DNA from: Planctomycetota bacterium
Lineage (GTDB): Bacteria; Planctomycetota; Planctomycetia; Pirellulales; UBA7805
Length of the DNA stretch: 38,250 nucleotides
Direction of reading: 5' to 3'
Assembly (NCBI GenBank): GCA_036153155.1
Contig: JAYZMM010000010.1
Coordinates: 1 to 38,250, forward strand
The first letter of the stretch is position 1, and every line of letters starts with the position of its first letter. Below, piece by piece: positions 9,098 to 17,996 of the stretch. The notes beneath the pieces are model-generated. The model worked only from the letters and a program-made list of their open reading frames with translations, did not search any database and had not been told where the DNA came from. Both the position numbers and the translations under genes were made by a program.

Positions 9098-9293
9098 CTG
9101 GCAGTGCTGGCATACGCATTTGGTTCAATAAAAACAAATGTTGTTTTGCAGAGCCACCTGTTATTGTTCCGATAGGCAATCTGAGGCGACCGTTTGCTTG
9201 CAGAAATGGTTCTTGTGTCGGAACTAAGAGGCGGAGTATCCAGCGATTTTATCTACTTGAGCGTAATCTCTCGATCTTTGAGTGACATCCAGA

Positions 9294-9716
9294 ATGAAAT
9301 ATGTCGGTAAAAATCTCTGCCTTGTTTTACTGTGCTTCGCGATGTGCGGTTGTGCTGCCACAGAAAATCGAAGGGCATTATCCACTCCAGCATCTTTCAA
9401 CCGCATGCGTCGGCAAACAGCGGATATCAATGTGGTGGAATCGAAGACAACAATCTGGGATCATATGCCCTGGGCAGCATCAAAAGATAGCGAGAGAAAA
9501 AAATCCGCGTCTTTTGTCTCTCAAGTACAAGTTTCCACTGACTCGCCCCGAAGCGATTGCGGCGATCAGAACGAGACAACAGAGCATGCCGCGGAACAAG
9601 CCGTGCAGCACGTAAATTGGGAGACCCGAATAGATCAAGCTGATCGTGCAATCATATCAGACCGCCAAAGCCACATCCCGGAGAGTCGTTTGCCTACGAG
9701 CAGTGTATGGCGTTAA
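9294..9716 (+). CDS. Hypothetical lipoprotein
   Basis: MKYVGKNLCLVLLCFAMCGC signal peptide with lipobox-like end, followed by a polar low-complexity region. Confidence 0.6.
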   Translation: MKYVGKNLCLVLLCFAMCGCAATENRRALSTPASFNRMRRQTADINVVESKTTIWDHMPWAASKDSERKKSASFVSQVQVSTDSPRSDCGDQNETTEHAAEQAVQHVNWETRIDQADRAIISDRQSHIPESRLPTSSVWR

Positions 9717-10564
9717 CTGCCGGGCGAAGATTCATTTTGTGGTGTCGGCTCCAGCGGCGTAAGTTCGCTCGGTAATTCCACGGCCGGTAGGGGGATGTCA
9801 GCTTCTGGAATTGGAATGGGATTGTCTCCAGCATCTAATTCTGGAGGCTGCGAGGGTATCGCAGGCCCACTTCCCAGCAGTCCCTCGGCCAGCGGTAACA
9901 GTGCTTGTCCCCAGCGATTTAGGTTCCTTCCATCCATCTCCCATCGCTGCCCTTCTCGCTCCACAAGAAATCGAGGCGGTCCGCCTGCATCACGGCGGAG
10001 CGTAATTTGAAAATTATTCGGCAAGTTTGATAAAAGCTTATCCAGGCCATTCCCGTTCCCAGCGCTTGCATCTCCGACGCCGGCCACAGGTGCAAGTTGA
10101 TTGAGCAAGGCTTGCAGCAGAGGACGCTCGGCTCTCGCTGCTTCCTGTGGCATTGGTTTTGCCGCCTGTCTACGTGTGACGGGTTGCACAAACACTTGAT
10201 GTCGTTGGCCCGCACGTAAAAATTCAATGGTAAGTCTCGGCTTGTTCGATTGACCGACCAACCGCGATAAATCTCGTGGCCTTGTGAGCACTCTGTTTTC
10301 GACCGTCAGGAGAAGATCGTCCTTACGCAAACCCGCATTTGCAGCTGGACTACCGGCTGCAACATTTCGCACGACAATTCCCTGATTTTTCGGCAGCAGA
10401 AGTTGCGCCCGCAACGCGGAACTCGCGGGATTTGTGCTGACGCCGATCCAACGACTGCCCTGACGCTGGATCGGCGAGTTGGTTTGTTGTGCCCGCAATG
10501 TGTTGGATGAAAGCAGCAGGATTATCAGCACGATTGTGCGAAGTGGTGAGCCGATACGATTCAT
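9713..10564 (-). CDS. Secreted PDZ-domain protein with a Pro/Glu-rich tail
   Basis: Signal peptide MNRIGSPLRTIVLIILLLSSNTLRA; PDZ motifs WIGV, GIVVRNVAAGSPAANAGLRKDDLLL, FLRAG. No protease domain. The ORF-track start at 10675 is probably too far upstream. Confidence 0.85.
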   Translation of the reverse strand: MNRIGSPLRTIVLIILLLSSNTLRAQQTNSPIQRQGSRWIGVSTNPASSALRAQLLLPKNQGIVVRNVAAGSPAANAGLRKDDLLLTVENRVLTRPRDLSRLVGQSNKPRLTIEFLRAGQRHQVFVQPVTRRQAAKPMPQEAARAERPLLQALLNQLAPVAGVGDASAGNGNGLDKLLSNLPNNFQITLRRDAGGPPRFLVEREGQRWEMDGRNLNRWGQALLPLAEGLLGSGPAIPSQPPELDAGDNPIPIPEADIPLPAVELPSELTPLEPTPQNESSPGS

Positions 10565-10680
10565 AGCAATAACCCTTTGTAAATTTCGAAACCGCTGCCA
10601 TCTTTTGCGGCAATTGAGGTGAGGTCTAATCGGAACGTAGTGCATTATTGTTAGCAGGTGAGACAAAGAGGTCAATCACT

Positions 10681-10721
10681 TGAGCGTCAATATGAGCGTC
10701 AATAGCATGAGCGTCTATAGC
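10681..10721. repeat. Three direct copies of TGAGCGTC(A/T)ATA
   Basis: Copies start at 10681, 10693 and 10708, in the ppk1-PDZ intergenic gap. Confidence 0.85.
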
Positions 10722-10729
10722 TAAACCGG

Positions 10730-12877
10730 TTAAATCTGAGTGGCCTCATTCCGCTGACGGGCTCGCTCCATGAGAACCTGCTGCACACCAATATTTGCAG
10801 GATCTTCGGGGTTATCTCCCGGGGAACGCTGGACATAGCTCCCGTCAGGGAGCATATCCCAGGCTTGTCGCTTGTCAGCAAGTGATAGCTGTAAAATGTC
10901 CCAAAGCCGTTCCCGAAACGCCCTCGATTCAACCGGTGTAATTGCTTCAACACGTGATTCCAAATTACGGACCATCCAGTCGGCAGACCCGGTGAAAAAG
11001 AGTCCATTCACCGGGTCATCGGCTCCATTTTGGAAGTAAAAAATTCTGGAGTGTTCCAGGAATCGTCCTATGACAGAAATCACACGAATGGTCGAACTTA
11101 ATTCAGGGACACCAGGACGCAGCACGCAAAAACCGCGGATGATAAGGTCTATCTCCAAGCCCGATTGTGACGCTCGATAGAGTGCCTCGCAAATATCAGG
11201 GTCTTGGATCTGATTCATTTTTGCGATAATCCGCGCCGGTTTACCCTGTTCATGGGCACGTTGCTCACCTTCGATCATCTCCAAGAACTTTTCTTTCATA
11301 TTGACCGGTGCGACGAGCAATTGCTCGTAATCGTATTTAATCGATCTTCCAGTGAGGGAGTGGAATAGCTCGACGACATCTTCCGTAATTTCCGGACGAC
11401 AGGTGAAGAGTCCGAGGTCGGTATAAAGCTTTGCGGTTTGCGGATTGTAATTGCCGCTTCCGATATGTGCGTAGCTTCGAAGTCCATCCGGTTCGCGGCG
11501 GACCACAATCATTGTTTTGCTGTGTGTTTTGACCCCCGCCAGTCCGTACACGACATGCACGCCAGCATCTTCCAAAGCGTTCGCCCAGCGAATGTTGCGA
11601 TGCTCATCAAAACGTGCTTTAAGCTCCACTAGGCAGGCCACTTGTTTACCGCGCTCAGCTGCTTGTATCAAAAGTGGTAGGAATGGACTGTCCTCGCTGG
11701 TACGATAAACGGCCATTTTGATTGCCAGCACATTTTCATCCTCGACCGCAGCTCGGACGAATCGGGAGACCGATGCATCAAAACTTTCGTAAGGATGATG
11801 CACCATGACATCTCCAGCCCGAATCAACGCAAATATGTCAGCATCGTCATCAACCAGTGGTGAGGGGACTGTGGGACTCCACGGAGTGTAGTGCAACTCG
11901 CGAATGTCAAGAGATGCAATCTGATTAAAATCAACATAGTCATAACTGTCCGGCATCTCATAGACTTGCTCGGGTGGCAGTTCCAACTGTTCGACCACGG
12001 TATCCAGCAACCAGCGATCATCTGTGGGGCTGTGTTCGAGACGAACGACACGTTGCAATCTTCGCTGTCGAACCTCCTCGGTAACTAGCTCTAGAAGATC
12101 ATCACTATCTTCGTCGTCGTAATCGATTTCAGCGCTTCGGGTGACGCGAAGGGTCATCACATTCTGGATCGTCATTCCAGGGAAAAGGAAGGACAGATTG
12201 TGAAAGATAATGGTTCGCAAGTCGATAAATCGCCGCACCGCCGTGGGGCCTGCTTCGAGTTCTATCCACTGAGGCAACAATTTTGGAACTTTAACCCGCG
12301 CAAAAAGTCGCTCCTCAGTGAAAGGGTTTTTAAGCCTTATGGCAAGCGAAACGGAAAGGTTCGACATAAAGGGAAACGGATGACTGTGGTCTACAGATTG
12401 GGGCGTGAGAATTGGAAAAACGTTATTCTGGAAATGTGTATTAGCCTGAGCTCGCTCGGTATCGGTTAAATCATCCCAGTCGAGTAGTTGAATATTGTTT
12501 TCTGCAAGTTGCGGCAGGATTTGGTCGCAAAGACACTTTGCGCGAACACTGACCATCGGCACCACCATGTCGTGAATTGCTTTCAACCGCTGCACGAGCG
12601 GTTCTCGGTCAACGTGTAGTTGGGTGTCTCTCTCTGATTGGCGGTGCATGACCGCGCCAATCCGCTTCATGAAAAATTCATCTAGGTTGGTCGTGAAAAT
12701 CCTTAGAAATTGAAGGCGCTCCAGAAGCGGCGTGCGCGAGTCGAGAGCTTCGTGCAGTACCCTTCGGTTGAATTCAAGCCAACTCAGATCGCGATCTACA
12801 TAACGCGCTACAGGTTGATTCATCGGAGCACTGACCTTTTTGGTCTGCTCACTCGCAATATGAAGGTCGTCTTTCAT
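10730..12877 (-). CDS. ppk1: Polyphosphate kinase 1
   Basis: RDLSWLEFNRRVL, NLDEFFMKR, HPFPF, VHHPYESF, ELKARFDE, KTHSK, GRFLEHSRI, SADWMVRN. Start placed at ATG 12877 (alternative 12823). Confidence 0.97.
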   Translation of the reverse strand: MKDDLHIASEQTKKVSAPMNQPVARYVDRDLSWLEFNRRVLHEALDSRTPLLERLQFLRIFTTNLDEFFMKRIGAVMHRQSERDTQLHVDREPLVQRLKAIHDMVVPMVSVRAKCLCDQILPQLAENNIQLLDWDDLTDTERAQANTHFQNNVFPILTPQSVDHSHPFPFMSNLSVSLAIRLKNPFTEERLFARVKVPKLLPQWIELEAGPTAVRRFIDLRTIIFHNLSFLFPGMTIQNVMTLRVTRSAEIDYDDEDSDDLLELVTEEVRQRRLQRVVRLEHSPTDDRWLLDTVVEQLELPPEQVYEMPDSYDYVDFNQIASLDIRELHYTPWSPTVPSPLVDDDADIFALIRAGDVMVHHPYESFDASVSRFVRAAVEDENVLAIKMAVYRTSEDSPFLPLLIQAAERGKQVACLVELKARFDEHRNIRWANALEDAGVHVVYGLAGVKTHSKTMIVVRREPDGLRSYAHIGSGNYNPQTAKLYTDLGLFTCRPEITEDVVELFHSLTGRSIKYDYEQLLVAPVNMKEKFLEMIEGEQRAHEQGKPARIIAKMNQIQDPDICEALYRASQSGLEIDLIIRGFCVLRPGVPELSSTIRVISVIGRFLEHSRIFYFQNGADDPVNGLFFTGSADWMVRNLESRVEAITPVESRAFRERLWDILQLSLADKRQAWDMLPDGSYVQRSPGDNPEDPANIGVQQVLMERARQRNEATQI

Positions 12878-13073
12878 CACCGTATTGTATACTATGCCGA
12901 GATCCAACCGCCTTTTGTGGTGGGGAAAGCGGAGAAATGTTGGGCGAATTTCTGCTTTTTTGGCTCGATTAGAAAAACTGCAACGGCTATATGGTTCCAC
13001 CACTCCGTGAATTACCAATTCTCAATGAGTGAGTGAATCGGATGGGAGTATTATAAGAATCCGCCAGATCTGG

Positions 13074-14357
13074 CTATCGGGGCCTGATTATTTCATGGCC
13101 GACATAACTGCGAAGGACTTCAGGAACTTGCACACTTCCGTCGGCCTGCTGGTAGTTTTCTAGAATTGCAATCATCGCACGGCTGATCGCAATTGCGGTG
13201 CCGTTGAGGGTGTGTACAAAGTGAGTACCTTTCTCACCCCTGTTCTTGAATCGGATACCAAGTCGACGAGCTTGATAGTCGGTGCAGTTTGAAGTGCTGG
13301 TAACCTCGCCGAATGTACCGCCATCTCCGCGACCTGGCATCCAAGCCTCAAGATCAAATTTTCGAAATGCTGGTCCTCCCAGATCGCCCGTTGCCGTATC
13401 GACAACCCGAAAGGGAATCCTTAGCGCGTCAAAAATGTCGCATTCCAAACTACAGAATTCGTCGAGAGTCTCTTCGCTGTCATCCGGATGCGTGAAGGCA
13501 AACATTTCTACTTTGGTGAATTGATGGACCCGATAAAGTCCACGCGATGCACGACCTGCTGCTCCTGCCTCCGTGCGGTAACAATGGCTAACCCCACACA
13601 ATCGTATCGGTAGTTGCTCACGTTCGAGAATCGTATCCGCATACATTCCACCCAAAGTAATTTCAGCTGTTGCGATCAGATTTAAGTCGCTCTCTGCGAT
13701 GCTATAGATTTGGGTCTCAGGCCCCCTGGGAATAAAACCGACCCCCTGAAGGATTTCAGTCCTCGCCAGGTCAGGCGTAATGATCGGGGTGAATCCGCGA
13801 TCGATCAGCATTCGCATTACAAACTGTTGTAGGGCTAACTCCAGGAGAACAGCTTCATTCTTCAGGTAGTAAAACCCGTGGCCGGCAACTTTCCCTCCCG
13901 CATCAAAATCGAAAAGATCTAGCGCATCGCCCAGTTCCACATGATCCTTCGGAGCAAAATCAAAAGAAGGGATTGGAGTATCGCCACGCTTCAGTTCAAG
14001 ATTCGCTGTATCGTCTGCACCGATCGGGGCCTTAGGGTGCGAGAGATTTGGAATTCTCGAATGAATTTCGCGAATCTGTAGCTCAAGTTTTTCTACTTCG
14101 GCATGCAGCGCATCTTTTTTATCGCGAAGTTTTCGGCCTTCTTCTTTGCGTTGCTCGCGCTCCGCGTCATTGGCAGCTTTTCCGATTGCTTTGCTTGCAG
14201 CATTTGCCTGTCGATTCGCTTCCTCAGCTTCCGTTTGCAGACTTCGTCGTTGTTGCTCGAGATCGACCAATTTCCGTACATCGACCACAACGCCCCGGTC
14301 ATGACAATTGGTTTCAACCTGTTCAATATTTTCGAGAATAAATTTGCGATCGAGCAT
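13074..14357 (-). CDS. serS: Serine--tRNA ligase
   Basis: N-terminal coiled coil, LIATAEI, YRTEAG, RGLYRVHQFTKVE, EVTSTSNCTDYQARRL, HTLNGT, ILENYQ. Confidence 0.98.
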   Translation of the reverse strand: MLDRKFILENIEQVETNCHDRGVVVDVRKLVDLEQQRRSLQTEAEEANRQANAASKAIGKAANDAEREQRKEEGRKLRDKKDALHAEVEKLELQIREIHSRIPNLSHPKAPIGADDTANLELKRGDTPIPSFDFAPKDHVELGDALDLFDFDAGGKVAGHGFYYLKNEAVLLELALQQFVMRMLIDRGFTPIITPDLARTEILQGVGFIPRGPETQIYSIAESDLNLIATAEITLGGMYADTILEREQLPIRLCGVSHCYRTEAGAAGRASRGLYRVHQFTKVEMFAFTHPDDSEETLDEFCSLECDIFDALRIPFRVVDTATGDLGGPAFRKFDLEAWMPGRGDGGTFGEVTSTSNCTDYQARRLGIRFKNRGEKGTHFVHTLNGTAIAISRAMIAILENYQQADGSVQVPEVLRSYVGHEIIRPR

Positions 14358-14382
14358 AGGGGAAAGTCATTTGCGTAAGTAT

Positions 14383-15759
14383 TTATGAGATGCCTGCAAT
14401 TTCAGCCCAGAGGCAGGCACTGGTCCGAATTCCACGATGGAAGTCAGCAAGATTAAATTTTTCGTTGGGGCTGTGCATATTATCGTCGTTTTGTCCCCAA
14501 CCGAGAAGAAGTGATTCAACTCCGAGTTTGTCGGCAAAGGTTGAAACAATCGGGATTGAACCTCCTTCGCGAATATAGACGGGAGCCGTTCCAAATCCAT
14601 GCTCAATGGCTTTGGCGGATGCCTCGATGTACGGACTATCGAGAGGAACTACAACGCCAGGTGCACCGTGAAAGTCTATCAATTCCATGCGAATGCCTGG
14701 GGGAACAATCGACTGCAAGAAAGTCTCAAGATTTCGCGTGATCTGTGCAGGGTCTTGATCCGGCACGAGACGAAAACTGAATTTTGCGCCTGCCTTCGCG
14801 GGAAGGACGGTTTTTGCACCCTCGCCCTGATATCCCCCCCACACCCCATTAATGTCAAAACTCGGGCGGGCACATCTGCGTTCCATCGTCGAAAACCCAG
14901 ACTCCCCGGTGGTGCCAGTAACGCCCACGAGGTCCTGGAATCGTTGCTCGCTGGAGAGCGCCTGAAATCCTTCGCGTTCTCGCGTTGTGAGCGGAATGAC
15001 ACTCTCATAAAAATCGGGAATTTGGATTTTTCCGTCAGCATCGATCAATTGTGCCAGCATGCCTGTGAGGGCGTTGGCGGGGTTCGTAACAGCCCCTCCG
15101 AACGTTCCAGAATGAAGGTCCTGAGAGGGTCCGAATAAACGCAGTTCGTAATAGGCAATTCCTCGCAAGCCATAAGTAATTGCCGGTTGCCCGGGGCCGT
15201 GCTGACTTGTATCACTAATCACAACACAATCGCATGCAATTTTCTCTGGATGTTCGGCGATGTATTTATCTAGGTTTTCACTGCCGACCTCTTCCTCTCC
15301 CTCAATAAGATAAATCAGATTGAGCGGCAGCTTGCCACATGTTTTGACCCATGCTTCTGCACTTTTGATATGGGTCAGCATCTGACCTTTGTCATCCGTT
15401 GCACCCCTGGCATAGACGTTACCGTCTCGGACCGCTGGCTCAAACGGCGGTGAGGTCCATTCGTCGAGGGGATCTGGTGGTTGGACGTCGTAGTGCCCGT
15501 AGACCAAAACCGTTGGGCTGTCTTCTTGGTAGGCCGAGCGGGCAAGCACAATCGGGTGTCCTGCAGTATCGATCTTTTCCGTGGTGAAACCGAGGTTTGT
15601 GAATTGATCGGCGACCCAATTTGCAGCCGCTGCAGTGTCTTTGTCGTGTTTGCTGTCCGCACTGACACTTGGAATTTTTAACAGCTCGAATAAATCAGCC
15701 TCGAACTCGGATCGATGGGCTTTAATGTATTGATCAACCTCGGTTGGCATTTTGCCCAT
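14383..15759 (-). CDS. M20 family metallo-dipeptidase (ArgE/DapE/CNDP-like)
   Basis: YGHYDVQP, ARGATDDKGQ, EGEEEVGS, DLHSG, GGSIP, HSPNE. Confidence 0.95.
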   Translation of the reverse strand: MGKMPTEVDQYIKAHRSEFEADLFELLKIPSVSADSKHDKDTAAAANWVADQFTNLGFTTEKIDTAGHPIVLARSAYQEDSPTVLVYGHYDVQPPDPLDEWTSPPFEPAVRDGNVYARGATDDKGQMLTHIKSAEAWVKTCGKLPLNLIYLIEGEEEVGSENLDKYIAEHPEKIACDCVVISDTSQHGPGQPAITYGLRGIAYYELRLFGPSQDLHSGTFGGAVTNPANALTGMLAQLIDADGKIQIPDFYESVIPLTTREREGFQALSSEQRFQDLVGVTGTTGESGFSTMERRCARPSFDINGVWGGYQGEGAKTVLPAKAGAKFSFRLVPDQDPAQITRNLETFLQSIVPPGIRMELIDFHGAPGVVVPLDSPYIEASAKAIEHGFGTAPVYIREGGSIPIVSTFADKLGVESLLLGWGQNDDNMHSPNEKFNLADFHRGIRTSACLWAEIAGIS

Positions 15760-15799
15760 GACAGGTCCAACTTTCCTAACGTTTTCGGGGACGCCTGAT

Positions 15800-15828
15800 T
15801 TTACAGCATAAAGAGTAACGAATATAAT
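15800..15828 (+). promoter_or_regulatory. Sigma70-type promoter for clpS-mtaB
   Basis: TTTACA (15800-15805), 17-nt spacer, TATAAT (15823-15828), 63 nt upstream of the clpS ATG. A divergent -10 TAAAAT (minus strand, 15798-15803) overlaps the -35. Confidence 0.65.
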
Positions 15829-15891
15829 CTTTCGAAGTCGCCTCGACTATTCCCATCCTCCAGCAGTCGATCGAAAAGAAGAAGCACGTAG

Positions 15892-16230
15892 ATGGACGAA
15901 ATTTGCTCGACGCTCGTACGGCCTGAGAAACAACGAAAGAACAAAGAACCGCGTGGCAAACGACAGCCTCGTTACCACGTGTTGCTTTGGAATGATGATT
16001 TTCACACCTTTGAATATGTGATTGCAATGCTCAAACAGATTTTCGGCCATCCGCTCGAACGCGGACTTCAATTGGCGGAAGAAGTCGATCGGCAGGGTCG
16101 TGCAATTCTCTTGACGACAACAATGGAGCATGCGGAGTTAAAGCGGGACCAGATTCACGCGTTTGGGAAAGATCCGTTTATTAAAGACTGTAAAGGTTCG
16201 ATGTCTGCTTCAATTGAGCCAGAGTCTTAA
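15892..16230 (+). CDS. clpS: ATP-dependent Clp protease adaptor ClpS
   Basis: PRYHVLLWNDDFHTFEYVIAMLKQIF, EVDRQGRA, EHAELKRDQI. Confidence 0.93.
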   Translation: MDEICSTLVRPEKQRKNKEPRGKRQPRYHVLLWNDDFHTFEYVIAMLKQIFGHPLERGLQLAEEVDRQGRAILLTTTMEHAELKRDQIHAFGKDPFIKDCKGSMSASIEPES

Positions 16231-16259
16231 ATAGACATTTTCGTTAGCGGAAGCCTCTT

Positions 16260-17570
16260 ATGTCACGTCCAGGTATTCGAACCGTCACGCTCGGTTGTAA
16301 AGTCAATCAGTACGAAACGGAATATGTTCGTGAAGGTTTGCTGAGTGCGGGATACGTGGATGCGGCCCAAGATCAGCCGGCTGATTTGTGTATTGTCAAC
16401 ACATGCACGGTCACTCAGAGTGGAGATGCGAAGAGCCGTCAGACAATCCGTCAGCTCGCGCGAAAAAATCGCGCGGCGCGTATTGTTGTGATGGGATGTT
16501 ATGCCACGCGGGCACCGGAGGAAGTATCTCAGCTACCCGGTGTTGTAGAGGTCGTGACGGACAAGCGCGAGTTGCCGGATCTTTTGGGACGGCATGGGGT
16601 TGTTGACATTCCGACCGGCGTTTCCGGACTGGCAGATCGACATCGGGCCTATTTAAAGGTGCAGGATGGATGTCTTCTTCGCTGCAGTTTTTGCATTATC
16701 CCCCAAGTACGACCCGAGATGTATAGTAGGCCGCTAGACGACATTGTCGCCGAAGCTAAACGTCTCATTGATCGTGGTTTTCGTGAACTGGTGCTCACGG
16801 GGATACATCTGGGGCATTATGGAGTCGACTTCAATCGTGGCAAACCGAAACATGAATGGACAAGGCTCTCACACCTGGTCCGATGTTTGGCAGAACTTCC
16901 TGGTGATTTTAGGATCCGTATTTCAAGCATCGAAGCAACGGAAGTGACGCACGAATTAATTGACGTACTCGCCAATTTTTCAGAAAAAGTTTGCCCTCAT
17001 TTGCATGTCTCAATGCAAAGCGGAAGTGACACGGTGCTGCGACGGATGCGACGACGCTGGGGAAGTTCTCGATTTATTGACCGTTGTCATCTGGTGCAGG
17101 AAGTACTTGATCTGCCCGCGCTGACGACCGACATTATTGTTGGGTTTCCTGGTGAGACAGATCATGAATTTATGGAGACCTGCAATGTGGCAAGGGAAGT
17201 TGGATTTTCAAAGATCCATATTTTCCCCTTCAGCGCTCGCAGGGGAACGGCGGCAGCGAAGATGTCAGGTCAGATCTCCCCGCAAGAAAAGCAGATCCGT
17301 AGCCGGCACCTGGCAGAAGTAGAGCAGGAAACGCGTCGGAAATATTTTGCAAGCCTGCAGGGCAAAAAGCTACAAGTCTTGTTTGAATCGATATCCACGG
17401 AGGGAGATAGTTTGACCGGTACTTCCTGTCGCTACGCACCGGTCGAGGTTGCTGCCAAACAAATGGGGGCAGTTCGAGATGCTTTGGGGAAACTTTGCAC
17501 GGTCGAGGCCAAGAATGTGGCCGATGATCGGATTCTCGCAACAACAGACCTGCACGTTTCCAAAGCATGA
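16260..17570 (+). CDS. mtaB: tRNA threonylcarbamoyladenosine methylthiotransferase
   Basis: TLGCKVNQYET, VNTCTVT, MGCYA, LKVQDGCLLRCSFCIIP, LTGIHLGHYG, TTDIIVGFPGET, HIFPFSAR. Confidence 0.93.
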   Translation: MSRPGIRTVTLGCKVNQYETEYVREGLLSAGYVDAAQDQPADLCIVNTCTVTQSGDAKSRQTIRQLARKNRAARIVVMGCYATRAPEEVSQLPGVVEVVTDKRELPDLLGRHGVVDIPTGVSGLADRHRAYLKVQDGCLLRCSFCIIPQVRPEMYSRPLDDIVAEAKRLIDRGFRELVLTGIHLGHYGVDFNRGKPKHEWTRLSHLVRCLAELPGDFRIRISSIEATEVTHELIDVLANFSEKVCPHLHVSMQSGSDTVLRRMRRRWGSSRFIDRCHLVQEVLDLPALTTDIIVGFPGETDHEFMETCNVAREVGFSKIHIFPFSARRGTAAAKMSGQISPQEKQIRSRHLAEVEQETRRKYFASLQGKKLQVLFESISTEGDSLTGTSCRYAPVEVAAKQMGAVRDALGKLCTVEAKNVADDRILATTDLHVSKA

Positions 17571-17591
17571 GCTAGGAGGTTCAAGCTTAGG

Positions 17592-17645
17592 AACTTTGTC
17601 ATGCTGGCGAGCTTTGTCATGCTGTCAAACTGTGTCATGCTGGCA
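17592..17645. repeat. 18-bp tandem repeat, three copies (core TGTCATGCTG)
   Basis: AACTTTGTCATGCTGGCG / AGCTTTGTCATGCTGTCA / AACTGTGTCATGCTGGCA, head to tail, 21 nt after the mtaB stop. Confidence 0.9.
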
Positions 17646-17996
17646 GTAGTGGTATCACTAGATCAAGCGTCGCTGCCAGGACGCTGACTACCCGCCGGTG
17701 CATGCGACGAAAGCGGAGTATCACACAGCGAATTCTTTTGCTTGCACCTCGCGTTGTATGAAGTCATTGCGTGCACTGCATGTGGTGACCTTTATAGTCA
17801 GAGAATTTATGATTCCTTGTCACCTAAAAATAGCAAAAAACCGATATCCAAATTGTATCCGTCTTGATTGGGGCAGTGGTGGTTTTCGTCTTCAGTGTTC
17901 GCCACGCCCAAATGTGAAATTCGATTTTTAATATTTTTCACTGTTAAGCCAAGGCAAGGGAGAAATAGGCGGTATCTATTTTGATCCGACGTGCCC

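Noticed and set aside
9097-9112. GCTGGCA duplicated after the folD stop, and CAATTAC duplicated at 6076-6096
   Set aside because: Two-copy 7-mers are expected by chance and are too weak to claim a general post-stop repeat pattern.
12878-13018. Long N-terminal extensions in the ORF track (ppk1, PDZ, DUF1080, nuclease-like, pyrE, lipoate ligase, GT1)
   Set aside because: They are artefacts of longest-ORF calling. Family motifs, signal peptides and ribosome-binding sites point to downstream starts.
17592-17645. 18-bp repeats as a CRISPR array or Pho boxes
   Set aside because: The units are head to tail with no spacers and there are no cas genes. The TGTCAT cores recur every 18 bp, not the 11 bp of Pho boxes.
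17820-17850. Sigma28-like promoter (TAAA...ACCGATAT) upstream of the glycosyltransferase
   Set aside because: The spacing is 11 nt rather than about 15.
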